Positions 23,620 to 34,777 of a stretch of DNA of 58,467 nucleotides are shown in pieces (position 1 is the first letter of the stretch; every line of letters starts with the position of its first letter). The stretch is from NCBI GenBank assembly GCA_021432655.1, contig MU271214.1:1-58467 (forward strand). The letters run 5' to 3'. Position numbers and translations under genes: made by a program. The stretch comes from Atractiella rhizophila. Lineage: Eukaryota. The notes beneath the pieces are model-generated. The model searched no databases. It was not told the origin of the DNA and saw only the letters and a list, made by a program, of their open reading frames with translations.

Positions 23620-26600
23620 CTGGAGTGGGCTTGGATTGTGGGACATGAGGCAGTCTCGTCAGTATTTGTTGTTGCTCATTGTAAGGATCTTGGGGTCAAT
23701 GTAAACATTGTAAAGCACGTAGCCACCAACGATGTCTTCCACTTCTACTCCTCCCTCACCCATTCACTCACCAGCCCTCCCCCGCTCGTCCACACTCTTC
23801 CCTCCTTCCGTTTCATAGAAGACAAAATTATCAAAGACCTTTTTCGTCTCTTAGACCTATCTTGAATCACATACCCGTCTTTCTCTCGTCTATTTCGCAT
23901 CGATCTTAAATTTGGACCAGCACATGCAACAGGCGATCCCTTGACTTGCAGGCCCGCGAATTGCGTGGAGTGACTGGAGGCGTGTTTGGAAGTGTGTTTG
24001 GGAAAGTCTTTGGACGAGATGTTGATTCGAAAAGAGGGGTGAGAGCGGTGGTAGTGGAACAGGAAGAGAAAAGATTATGTGTGTAGTTAATGAAGGGTAT
24101 TTGGAGGGATGGAGCATGGAGAAAGAGAGAAGGGAAAGTATGGTTATGGGTCATCCGTTGAAGAAACCAGTGGCAGAGTTTTCGATGAGGAATGTGGGTG
24201 TGCCAGAACAAGAAAGTCTTGCTGCACAAGTTATAGATGTTTCGTTTTCAAGGTTTGATTTTTTTCTCATTGATTTATTTCATCTCAGGAAATAATCAGC
24301 GATTTTTCTACAGTTCGAAACCGCTTGTATTCCTTGTCAAGTATCACCACCCCTCCGTAGCGCCTAACCTCCTCTCCTATCTCCTCCTCCTCGCCTCTCC
24401 AACCCTCAACTCATTCACTCCCCTCACTCTCACGTGCACACTCCTCCTCTCTCACACCTCCACTCCCCTCGTCTCGCGTCCACCCAAGCTCTACAAATCC
24501 GGCCCCTCTGCCTTCATTCTCTTCAGCTCTGCAGTCACATTTCTCAGTCTCTCTCTGGGCGTAGACTACGAAGAGGTTGTCTTATTGAAGAAGACTCCAC
24601 GTGGGATATTAGGCTGTGGACAAGGTGTGAAGACGACGAGTGAAGGATGGGGTGTGACGGTTGTGACGGGAAAAAGTGGGGTGTTGGAGATTAGCGTAAA
24701 TGATCAAGCTGCGAGAGGAGGAAGGAAGGGTATGAAGATGAGACAAGCGTTAGAAACGAGCGGTTTATTTTGGAGAGAGGGAAGAAAATCCGTTGGATTT
24801 TGGTGTTAGTGGAAGATGGACAGATGAGGTTGAAAGCCATGCAATGGCAATTAGTAAAGAGGTATTGATGAATAGTAAGTGGAATTGAATTCGAAGAGTG
24901 AGTGTGTTGATGAAATGGACTAGCGTCAAGTAGATTGTCAAAGGCGTTGGATATGAGAATTCAGTTGGCAGACAGGATACAGAAGTTAGAGAATTTGATC
25001 AAGTATATAAATGCAAATGGATTACTAGGAAAGGCGTGTTGTCTTTTTCTATGTGTATATGTCCATTGATGTAGGTTGTCGTGTATAGTTGTCTCAGAAT
25101 TGTAGAAGACTTTTGTGCACAAACGAGGAAAAGTTAATTGCTGCAAAGGCTCTTTGGGAGATGCAAAACGCGCGTCTTCTGTACGTCTCTCTTCCCCTCT
25201 CTATAACCTTCACCAACCCGCTCATTTGCAATACAAACAGATCCAACGAATCCGAAACTACAGTTTTTGATGAGGCAGGCTACATTTACCTTTCACGAAG
25301 CTCAGCTGTGCAGGAGGATGCGGTTCGACCGTTTTTTAGAGCACATGTAGGAGAGATTGGAAGTGTTTTGGAGAGAATTCCAGAGGTTTTGGGAATGAGA
25401 ACAGCTGATGGAATGGAGGAAAAATCTTTGACTGTCCATGAAGCAAATTTCGTAATCTCGGTTCGTATTTCATTTTTCTTTAGTTTTGAAATTGAATGAT
25501 TGATGAGATGGTTGGATAGACGGCGTATGATGCAGTATTCGAGAGTCGTTCGAGGTTGTACAAAACGTATGGCATTGAGACCTCCCACTCTTTTCTTAAA
25601 CCGTGGACATCATCCGGTTCACTCATCGACGTTATCAAGCATCTATTCGAAACGACAGACACTGCTCTCCTTTCGCACCAGCGCGAGTTTGGCGCTTCTT
25701 CGATTGATGATGATGTGTTTATGGGGGATTTGAGCTTTGGAGAAATTAAGGAAGACCCAAGGAGGTTTCAGAGACATTTGAGAACGCAGATGAGGGCCTT
25801 GGCGGATACGTATTGTGCATTGTGCGAGGAAAGATTGGTTTATTTGAGAACGTGGGTTCTGTTTGGCTTTGATGGATGGGAGAGAGAGAACTGATGATGT
25901 GGCGTGGTAGACTTGAGACGGCAGAAGCACCAATTATGGCGAAGGCATTGTCGGATCGTTATATCACCACACGGCCAATCATGCTTAAAGCGCTCAGTAC
26001 GTCCTACTCCCATTTATGAACTCAACCCGCTGACATTTACCGATAGTACGACTTTCGTCCTACGACGACGCATTGGAGCTGGCACAGAAGTATCGAGACT
26101 ATAGAATACTAGTGGAACTGTGCACGCATCCGACGTATGGAGGGAAGAGAAGGATTGAGGAGATGATTGCAAGGTTTGCAGAGAAATTTGCATTTCAGTT
26201 GTATCAGTATTACATCGAGAAAGGTAGGCGGTGTTTTGTGAAAGGGAGAAGCGGTGTTGACTTTGTGGGCGATGATGGTGTAGGAGAGGTTAGGAATTTG
26301 TTGGAGCAAGATCAAGAGTATAATCAGATATTACTCAAGTTTTTGGAAAGCACGGATAATCCTAGTACGTCCTTTTTGTCGTCGTCGTGCGGGTGATAGT
26401 TGATAAGAAATATGAAGAACTTGCGTGGATTCATGAGATCTTGCTCTCACGACACGCTCATGCATATAATGAGCTGGTGCGGGAAGCATGTCAAGAGAAA
26501 AACGTGGATGAGCACAAAGTTTGTCAATTCTCTATCGCCCACAAACTTCAAGCTAAATCTCGCGCATTAGTCGATGCTCAGTATTGCAAAGTTATGCAGG

Positions 26601-27660
26601 ATTGCAGAACTCTCCACACCTGATTTCAACATCAAGGAAATTCAACTAGGTTAGGGTTGACTCTTGTGTATGTGAAGGGCATTGAATTGACGGCAGAGAG
26701 CAGTGGATCAATTGCTCGATGTAATGAAATCACATGAACGCATACGAGAGTTAATCCAACGGGTCGCGGATCAACAAGATGCTGCAACACGCAATCGACC
26801 GGAACGGCTGAAGCTTGCAGTGCTAGAAATCCTTGATGCACGGCTGACGAACTACTTTGGATATCCGTCGGTGAGTTCTTTACGAGATGTGTGGTTCGAC
26901 GTGCGTTGGCTGAATTGAATGGTTTTAGTTGTTTAATCATATCATCACGGAAATCATGCAACATCATACGGTGTCAGGAGAGGACATTATTGATGCATTT
27001 ACATTGATGGAGAGCCCTGATCTCGATGATCCTGATTTTTGTCATGCCCTGGGTATCCTTGATAAAATCCAGGTGAGTATCACATGAGTCGGATGGAGAT
27101 AGGCGATGATCATTTAACTATCTTTGAATTGAACAGGCTGACCTTCCTACTGCACGAGCCGAATTCGCTCTGAAAACAATTTGGCGACGCCTTTACATTG
27201 CAGGTAATGTGTAAGTCGCTTACTCCTCTTCCAGATATTTCGGCCGGCCCCTAATCACGCTCCAATGTCCTGATTCGTTTGCAATACAAATTCTAGTTGG
27301 TCATCGCTTCGCAATAGGACCATATCCGACGATCAGGTTGAGACTGTACTACGAACAACACCTCTGGCTCTGACTCTCGTTCAGATCCAAGAAATTGGTG
27401 CAAACCCGGAATGCCCCCAACAAGGAAAGGAACGAACAACCGCCGCAAGGCCCAACAAAAAACCCAAATTGGGACCAAGAGAGTGTCTTTTTGACGTTGA
27501 GACGGAGCGGAAAGCGCTGGAAGCACGATTTGTGCATTTACCAAAGGAGATGGTGAATGCGTTGCTTGAGGATTATGAACGCGAGAGTCAAATATTAGAG
27601 GAGGAGCTGGACAGTGGGCTTGAAAATTTTGTGGACGAGATCATTCGTTTGCAATCATAA
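23620..27660 (+). pseudogene. NUP133: Nucleoporin Nup133; C-terminal half appears intact, N-terminal propeller region truncated and frameshifted
   Basis: Spliced motifs AVYFG..ENPLDF, LENLIKYINANGLLGK, EKLIAAKALW, KPWTSS, ELAQKYRDYRILVELC, FAFQLYQYYIEKG, LAWIHEI and MLSIAKL. Frame breaks at ~24055 and ~24756, a stop at 23863-23865, and no clear start codon. Confidence 0.75.
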
Positions 27661-27976
27661 TTATTGTTTTAGCACTGTACTTTTGAGCCTTGCAGACATG
27701 TCTTGATCCGAAAATTTAACGTAGTACTAAGTATCCAAGTTTCCTTTGATAGTGTACAATGGAACGTAGGACGAAGACGAAGGGATAAAGAGAAAATCAC
27801 GACTTTTGATGCTACAGGAATATAAAATCTGTCCAAGTTAAACCTATGAGCAATTTTCAAGCGGTCCAAATGTCAAAAAAAGAAATAAACAGATAAAGCA
27901 CGACTAAAATATTCTAATTCACAAAATTATGATGCGACATATCCAGGAGGTCCAACAGATATGAGGTTCAAAAACG

Positions 27977-29005
27977 TTAGTTACTCACAACAGTCCAACA
28001 ACTTCCGCGCCTAGCACGCTCTGTCAATTCTTTTGGCTTCCTTGACCCCTCGTCACTTGAACTCCACAGTATCTGTGCTTGCTCACACCATTGAAAATGC
28101 TCCAAAAGCCCATCCCGCGTATACTCCTTCTGGCGAGCCTCCTGTGCCCAGTCTTCACCCCTTCTGCCAATGATACTCTTATCGATCGCCAATTCGCAGC
28201 CAGAGCACAACAGTCCACATTCGACTTGTTCAGTTCGTTTATCGTAGTAAGGAAGTGCACAGGCACCCATAAAGTTGAATTTTTTGTCGTGGTTTGACCT
28301 TCCAATTATAAATGACGGTGCGTTCGATGAAATCAAAGCGGCCTGTTGGACAGATGCAATTGCGATGCGCCGGTTGCTCGTCACCAAGTCATCCCAAAGA
28401 TATTTTCCTGGCAAACTCTTGAATGATTTGAGTTGTCTAGTTTGAGCCTTGGTTAGGTCGAATGCCTTTTGGAGCCTTGTGAGGGATAACATTTGAATTT
28501 CTGGAGCTTTCCGCATACATTTAAAACAGCATCGTTTCCAAGTTAGGAGAGAGACATAGGCCCCGAAAGCGCCACAAATACCGCAATTCTTGGTGCATAA
28601 CAGATCGTAAAAGTCCCATAGTGTGACATCGAAGGCAATCCCAGTTCGCAGGGAGGCGCACAAAAGATCCAATCCGTGTAAGACAACGACGCGAAACTGC
28701 TTCAGAGATTGAATTATTTGTCGAAACTTGAGATTGAGTTGCCGAATGGCAAAGATTGAACGTATATCGAGATACGTTAAAATTTTAATGACGAGCTCGA
28801 GGGGAATCCGACCGAGAACACCAAAGCCGACACGAGAGAGGCGGGGGAACGCTGTGGAAATGGATTGAGACACGTTGGTGTGTTCAGTTCGAGAGAACGA
28901 GATGACGGAGTGACGATAGTCAATGTAGGAGATGGTTCGGACGATGAGGTTCCTATGCTCTTCTGCAAATTTAAAAGGTGTGTCTGAGCGATATTTCGAA
29001 GACAT
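27977..29005 (-). CDS. Intronless F-box protein with a Cys-rich C-terminal region
   Basis: F-box FGVLGRIPLELVIKILTYLDIRSIFAIRQLN; CGICGAFGAY.SLLTWKRCCFKC; CSGC; LEHFQWCEQAQ. The start is probably ATG 29005 (MSSKY). Confidence 0.85.
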   Translation of the reverse strand: MSSKYRSDTPFKFAEEHRNLIVRTISYIDYRHSVISFSRTEHTNVSQSISTAFPRLSRVGFGVLGRIPLELVIKILTYLDIRSIFAIRQLNLKFRQIIQSLKQFRVVVLHGLDLLCASLRTGIAFDVTLWDFYDLLCTKNCGICGAFGAYVSLLTWKRCCFKCMRKAPEIQMLSLTRLQKAFDLTKAQTRQLKSFKSLPGKYLWDDLVTSNRRIAIASVQQAALISSNAPSFIIGRSNHDKKFNFMGACALPYYDKRTEQVECGLLCSGCELAIDKSIIGRRGEDWAQEARQKEYTRDGLLEHFQWCEQAQILWSSSDEGSRKPKELTERARRGSCWTVVSN

Positions 29006-29812
29006 ATCCACGTCCCTGAGAATGTATGTGGTGAGTGCCGGGAAATGTGAACTTTGGGAGTGAGTTACCAATTTCATTGTTCTCAAATTTAACCGCTTGA
29101 CGCGTTTTCGAAATGCCGTACTCTTTCGAAAAACCTAGTCGCCCTTCGAGAGTTACCAAATCTTCCTTGACCAAGGAAGCGAAAGAAGCTTATGGTGGTT
29201 CCTCACAGTTGAAATTTTGTTGAAACGTTGAAATTTCGAAGGGCAATGCCTTATCGCTTCGGATTGTCTCCTGCACTGGATTCCAACACTCTGTCAGATC
29301 GTCAGTTGGTAAGACAATTCTCCGCAAAGCTTCCGAGACACCAGAAAGTCCTAAAAGACAACCTGCCTCTGAAGTAACATATACTAACATGTGCATGGCA
29401 ACTTGAATGCATGGCGCGGAAAGCATGTTTCTCAACATTTCAGAGATGAAAACATTGCATTGGTGTGCAAGATTCTTGAGTGTTCAGCATATCTCGCACA
29501 GTTCTATCCTGCATCGTCTGCTCACTGAGGAAAGAACTCACTGTGCATCCATCAACCAATATCCCTCAAAGACTCGGACTTTTTCGCCCTGATATCCTTT
29601 TTATGCCCGTCTGAAGTACTCTAGCCTGACAGGAGGACTCGTTGATTAGCCCGAAGGTATCGTCGTCGTTTGCAGTCCCTGCCGAACTTCGACGCGTCCA
29701 AAAAAATCAACCACCACCAACCCAGCAACAGCGAAGTCCTCGTCCACACTTCTCTCATCACCTTCTTTCTCCGCCATCCCTCCCATACCCCCCAGAATCC
29801 CCTTTCACCGAC

Positions 29813-31246
29813 ATGGCTGCCGACACACGGAAACCGAGCTCCCTTGCGAGCACCTCAGCGGACCCTTTGCCGCCACATTCTCCCCATGTTAGCCCAGAGC
29901 TGTCTCTCTCCTTCCTTGGCGAACAAGACGCGCCGTCTCTCGCTAACGATTCCTTCAGTGGATCTGGAGTCGAAATTCAGAATCCAGTGGGAGAAGAGGT
30001 TGAGGTTGAGGGGAAGGGAAGGGCGGAGAGCGTGCGGGAGAGGTTGGAGAGGTTGGGTATCACCGGCAACGGCCATGAGGGTCAAAGAGGTATGAGAGGG
30101 AAAGCAGCAGGTGCGGGAAGGGAGTACGAGTATCATGGCTCGATGCGTCCCTTTGCTTCATCATCGACAGCTTCCACTTCTGCCTCTGATCAGCGACAAC
30201 GACAGCGTCAACGTCAAGGACAAGCATCTCCTTCACCACCTTCGACTCCCAAAGCGTCCCAATCTCATGTTAAAGCGCGAAGATCAACAGAGGAGGAAGC
30301 AGAGGATGGGGAAGAGGAGTACGACCCCGTCGAGCTCGAGGGAGACTCGGAGCGCGCCAAAAGGTTGAGGACGCTTAAAGCGGAGCGTGACGCTCTCAGG
30401 AAGCTTAACTTCGTGGTGGAGGGGTTGGTGGATGGATTTAGGACCTTGAAAGCGAACTTGGATGTGCGTAGTTTCTCTTCTCTTTTGAGCATATTGCAGG
30501 CGGGGCGTGCGGCACGATTTTGTTCTAGACGACGCGCATGCGTAAAGTAAGAAGAGCGAGATATTGTCTGCATGGGTTGTGTTGAATCTCGATGCATATT
30601 CAATGTCCTATGTGATACATATACTGATCCTGAATACAGAACTTCCCACGTGCCATCCAAACGTCCCACGACCTCCTCGACCTCTACTCCACCCATCTCC
30701 GCTCATCAGGCCAGAATGCCGATCTGATAGAGAGCGGATGGGAAGGCACAGGTGCCGTAAGTCCTTCCATCTATCCCATCTCTTCCTCTCTCCTTTCGCT
30801 CCTTCCCTTCACAAATTCAGATATATAAAGTTGACAAATCCACCGCGGCATAGGACGAACGCCTGGCGCGAGAGCAAGAAGAAGAAGCCATCCGGGAACG
30901 AGACCGAGAGCGCGAACGCGAGCGGGAGAAGGAGCGAGAAAAAGAGCGAGAGAAGGACGAGGCGCGACGTCGCGCGGAGGAGTCAGCTTCCTCTTCCTCC
31001 TCCTCGCGCGCTCGCGGTCGCGGAACAAGAGGGGCACGCGCACCCGTTTTCTCTAGAGGCTCGAGGATATCCCCGCCTGGCAGCGTCGCCCACTCTAGTG
31101 TGGGTACTGGTGCACGACAAGCTGGGGTCGGAACGGGGAGCACTGGTCCTGCAGTCAGGGGAACGGCTAGTGTGACCGGCGTTAGGGGACAGAGAGGGTT
31201 GAGGAGTAGAGTCGTCACGAGGCCACCAGGAGGGAGCTCGAGGTAG
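29813..31246 (+). CDS. Chimeric gene: first 30 codons of the mitochondrial carrier fused in frame to Duo1
   Basis: Reads MAADTRKPSSLASTSADPLPPHSPHVSPEL|SLSFLGEQDAP... Duo1 exon/intron structure is retained and the frame is open to TAG at 31244-31246. Confidence 0.85.
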
Positions 31247-32143
31247 TGACACTAATGTTCTTATAGAGGAGGGCTAGATGGTTCTGAGGTTGTCTGCATG
31301 TTGTCGTTTTCAGTTTGCATAAAACGGATGTGAGGAATGTATTTGCTATTTGCGATGCATAGGTTACAAGGCAAAGTGTGAGAGTTGGTTTATGCCATTG
31401 GAAAGGGCCTGTGAATGACTGGGAGTGGAGTTGGAAGTGACTGACGAACAAAAGTGCATCGAGGACTTTTTAAGACCTTTGGGATCCCTACGTTACGCCT
31501 TTCCAATTCGATGTAACGGGACAGTGAGTCTGCTCAGTAACGCAGACTTTGTTCTCACACGACGACACTGAGGGTGTGAATCCCAATGTTCGTCAGTTTG
31601 GAAGTGGACGCTACCACCTTTCTCCCTGCACTAATATGAGGAACTTGCCTTTTGCTCGCATATCATGCAACTTTGAGTTCATTCTCTGTTCACCACGGCA
31701 ACATCTTACTTTTCGTTCTGTCCCACAAGCACAAGCGTAAAATGTTGATAGGTAGGAACGAAGTCAATTGCACAAACAACTCTCTCAATGAAACAACACG
31801 ATAACACGATTCTTCCAAACCAAAAGGGTCAGAGCTTTTCCTCGTACTCACTAACGTAACAAGGAAAGTTGGCGTAGAGTACGTTCCTCAGCTCCAAAAG
31901 AGCTCCAGACTTTACCTCCTCCTTCCCGAGAGAAGGAAGAGGGCGTTCTAGCGCTTCTTTGAGTGTAAGACAACCGCCAGCAGCTTCATCATGCTTTTTT
32001 GATTTTGGAAGAATCGAATTTTTCAGATGATGATGATGCTGCTTTTATAGGCAGACATCATCAACCCCCACAAAAATATGGGCGAAGCGTCGGCGAGCAG
32101 CTTCAAAAGACAAGAAGCGAAAGGTAAAAAGGGCAAAAGGTGA

Positions 32144-32221
32144 TGACGAGAGTGGGATGCGAACCCACGCCCGAAGACTGCGGCCTTAACACAGCGCCTT
32201 AGACCACTCGGCCATCTCGCC
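32144..32221 (-). tRNA. tRNA-Leu(AAG) duplicate with mutated T-loop (probable pseudogene)
   Basis: Identical to 20290-20367 except GTTCGAATCC changed to GTTCGCATCC (invariant A58 of the B box). Confidence 0.85.
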
Positions 32222-32873
32222 ATTTGATGAAAGACTCCCTCGCTCTTAGTTTCTTAGAGTTGCTAACGTCAAATAAAGCTTTTCTGAGAGACCCTTCCCT
32301 TCATCCTCTTGGATGTCTGGCCTGGATTCCAACACTCAGTCAGGTCGCCATTTGGTAAGACAATTCTCCGCCAAGCTTACACATATTGTACCTAGACATC
32401 AGAAAGTCCTGCAGGACAACCTGCCTCTTAAGTAGCATATAGTGATATGTGTATGGCAACTTGAATGCATGGCACGGAAAGCATGTCTCTCTCAACATTT
32501 CAGGCTGAAAACATTGCATTGGCGTGCAAGATTATTGAGTGTTCAGCATATCTCGCACAGTTCTATCCTGCATCCTCTGCTCACTGAGGAAAGAACTCAC
32601 TGTGCATCCATCAACCGATATCACCTCAAAGACTCGGACTTTTTCGCCCTGACATCCTTTTTATGCCCGTCTGAAGTACTGTAGCCTGATAGGAGGACTC
32701 TTGATTTAGCCCGGAGGTATCGTCGTCGTTTACAGTCCCCTGCCGAACTTCGACGCGTCCAAAAAAATCAACCACCACCAACCCAGCAACAGCGAACTCC
32801 TCCTCCACACTTCTCTCATCACCTTCTTTCTCCGCCATCCCTCCCATACCACCCAGACCCTTCTTTTCCCGAC

Positions 32874-34777
32874 ATGGCTGCTGACACGCGGAAACCGAGC
32901 TCCCTTGCGAGCACCTCAGCGGACCCTTTGCCGCCACATTCTCCCCATGTTAGCCCAGAGCTGAGGAACGATTTGATCGCTGGTTGGCTTGGTGGAGCAC
33001 TGGGTATCTTATTAAGCAATCCGTTTGAGGTGCTGAAAGTGAGGTATGTGGTTGGACTCGTGGCCGTGAGAGCGAGGAGAATGCATTCTTGAAGAAGACT
33101 GGGGCAGAGTTTTTTGACGTTGGATGGGGAACTGCTTGGGTTTATCCCATTTTGTCCCCACGTAAATCATGTAAAAAGACAAAGAGCGCTTCCTAAGCGG
33201 TGCTGATTTCAAGTTGCGCGAAGTTGAGGGAACACTTCCACATCGCTTTCATTGGTTCATTCTTTCCGCGAAGAGGCGTGTTTTAACATGCGAACTGTCT
33301 ACATGCTTCTTTCATACTAGAAGAATGGAAGGTTATGGAGATCTTGCCCCCTCTCTGGGTTCTGATTCCTTTGATGACTGTACCACATTATAGCTCAGTG
33401 GTGCTGTCGCTATCTCCATTCCTTCCAACGCAGTGTGTTACTCACTTTCCCTGGGAGCCTTTGGACATTTGCAACGAAGAATTAATGGACTGGACTCGGA
33501 TGTCGATGGTGGCACTTTCTAAAGTGGGCTGGTATAACTTGATTTCTATGCTCTGCCCCATCTTCAGAAACCACGCCACGATTGAAACCTCGCAATTGTC
33601 TCATTCGTAGTTGGCGTTCTTCGAATGACGCTGCTCTTTGTCCATTTTGACGAATAAACCTACGTTTGACCGTCCCATCTTCTTGCGATGCGTAGATTGA
33701 AGTCACTCCCTTTCTCTAATGCAAAACATTTTCACATGGTCGTCTGGCCTTCGATGTAACAGTCACGGATGTACGTGTTGCATCTACCGCCTCTTTTACG
33801 CCTGACGAAGTCTCTTGGTTTCGAATTGTTCCTGACTGCTGCCAAACAGACTCCAAACTCTGCAAACACTGAACCCATCGCATCCCCCTTCCACTCGCGT
33901 GGGGGCACCTTCAACTCATCCTCGTCCACGACCCTCGGCGTCATCTTGTGCGCCTTCTCTCCCTTCAACGTCCACATCCGTCGTTGCTGGCCTCCGCTCC
34001 CTGTGGCGAACGGATGGATACCGTTTCCTCTATGCTGGCGCGGCCGGTCCTATCCTTGGACTAGCACTAATCGACAGCGCCTTCTTTGGCATCTACGGTT
34101 TAGGGATGTGAGTTGAGCTCCTTCTCAATTGGAAGTGAAGTTGACGAATCGAGGTGACAAGGAAGGCGATGAACCAAGATCGGGAGGAGCCGAATCATTT
34201 GGGCGGCGTCGTACTAGCCGGTGCGAATGCAGGAGGCATTTGCGCTCTCCTTCAGACTCCGGTGAGGGTGAATTTCACATTTTCAGATGAGAGCTTAGGG
34301 TATGACTGGGGTAGATTGAAGTCGTGAAGTGCAGGGCACAAGCAGAGGAGAGTAGACATGTGTCCAATGGAGAGTTGCAGGATCGGAAGAAGCTTGGAAG
34401 CTTGGGAATTGCTAGAACCATCATCCGAGGGGAAGGGATACGAGGTTCGTGTCTCATCCTGCCCATTCGCGATTATACCTACCGGTTGAACAGGCTTTTA
34501 CATTGGCGGTTTGATGACGATATCGCGAGATGCCGTCAGTTCTGGCATCTTTTTTGGCGCTTGTGAGCTTCCTACATTGGAAAAGCCATGAAAGGCTGAT
34601 AACGGCTATCGGATAGATCACTACTTTAGACGAGTGCTTCCCTCTCCAGAATCCCCATCCCCCTTGGTTGCTTCCAGCAAACCGACATGGCTGCTGACAC
34701 GCGGAAACCGAGCTCCCTTGCGAGCACCTCAGCGGACCCTTTGCCGCCACATTCTCCCCATGTTAGCCCAGAGCTGA
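32874..34777 (+). pseudogene. SLC25 mitochondrial carrier copy A, lacking the third carrier repeat
   Basis: Has repeats 1-2 (NPFEVLKVRLQ, TPIEVVKCRAQ). At 34680 it runs into copy B out of frame (VASSKPTWLL...) and stops at TGA 34775-34777. Confidence 0.85.

Larger units (their letters stand above)
17990..32963. repeat. Tandem duplication of [Duo1 body - tRNA-Leu - carrier promoter and first 30 codons]: copy A 17990-29902 (with an extra ~8.8 kb block), copy B 29903-32963
   Basis: 17990-20420 aligns with 29903-32272, and 29260-29902 aligns with 32310-32963. The junction is at 29902/29903. Confidence 0.9.

Noticed and set aside
20420..29250. Bona fide Starship or other autonomous element
   Set aside because: No DUF3435 recombinase, transposase, helicase or terminal repeats are visible.
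29642..29812. N-terminal extension of the chimeric Duo1 ORF in the ORF track
   Set aside because: It begins at TTG and the paralogous region (32700-32873) has an indel; the real start is ATG 29813.
33044..33849. TPP riboswitch, telomerase RNA, snR30 or RNase P/MRP as the identity of the long carrier intron
   Set aside because: No CUGAGA..ACCUGAU core, no CUAACCCU template, no m1/m2 motifs and no P4 consensus were found by eye.
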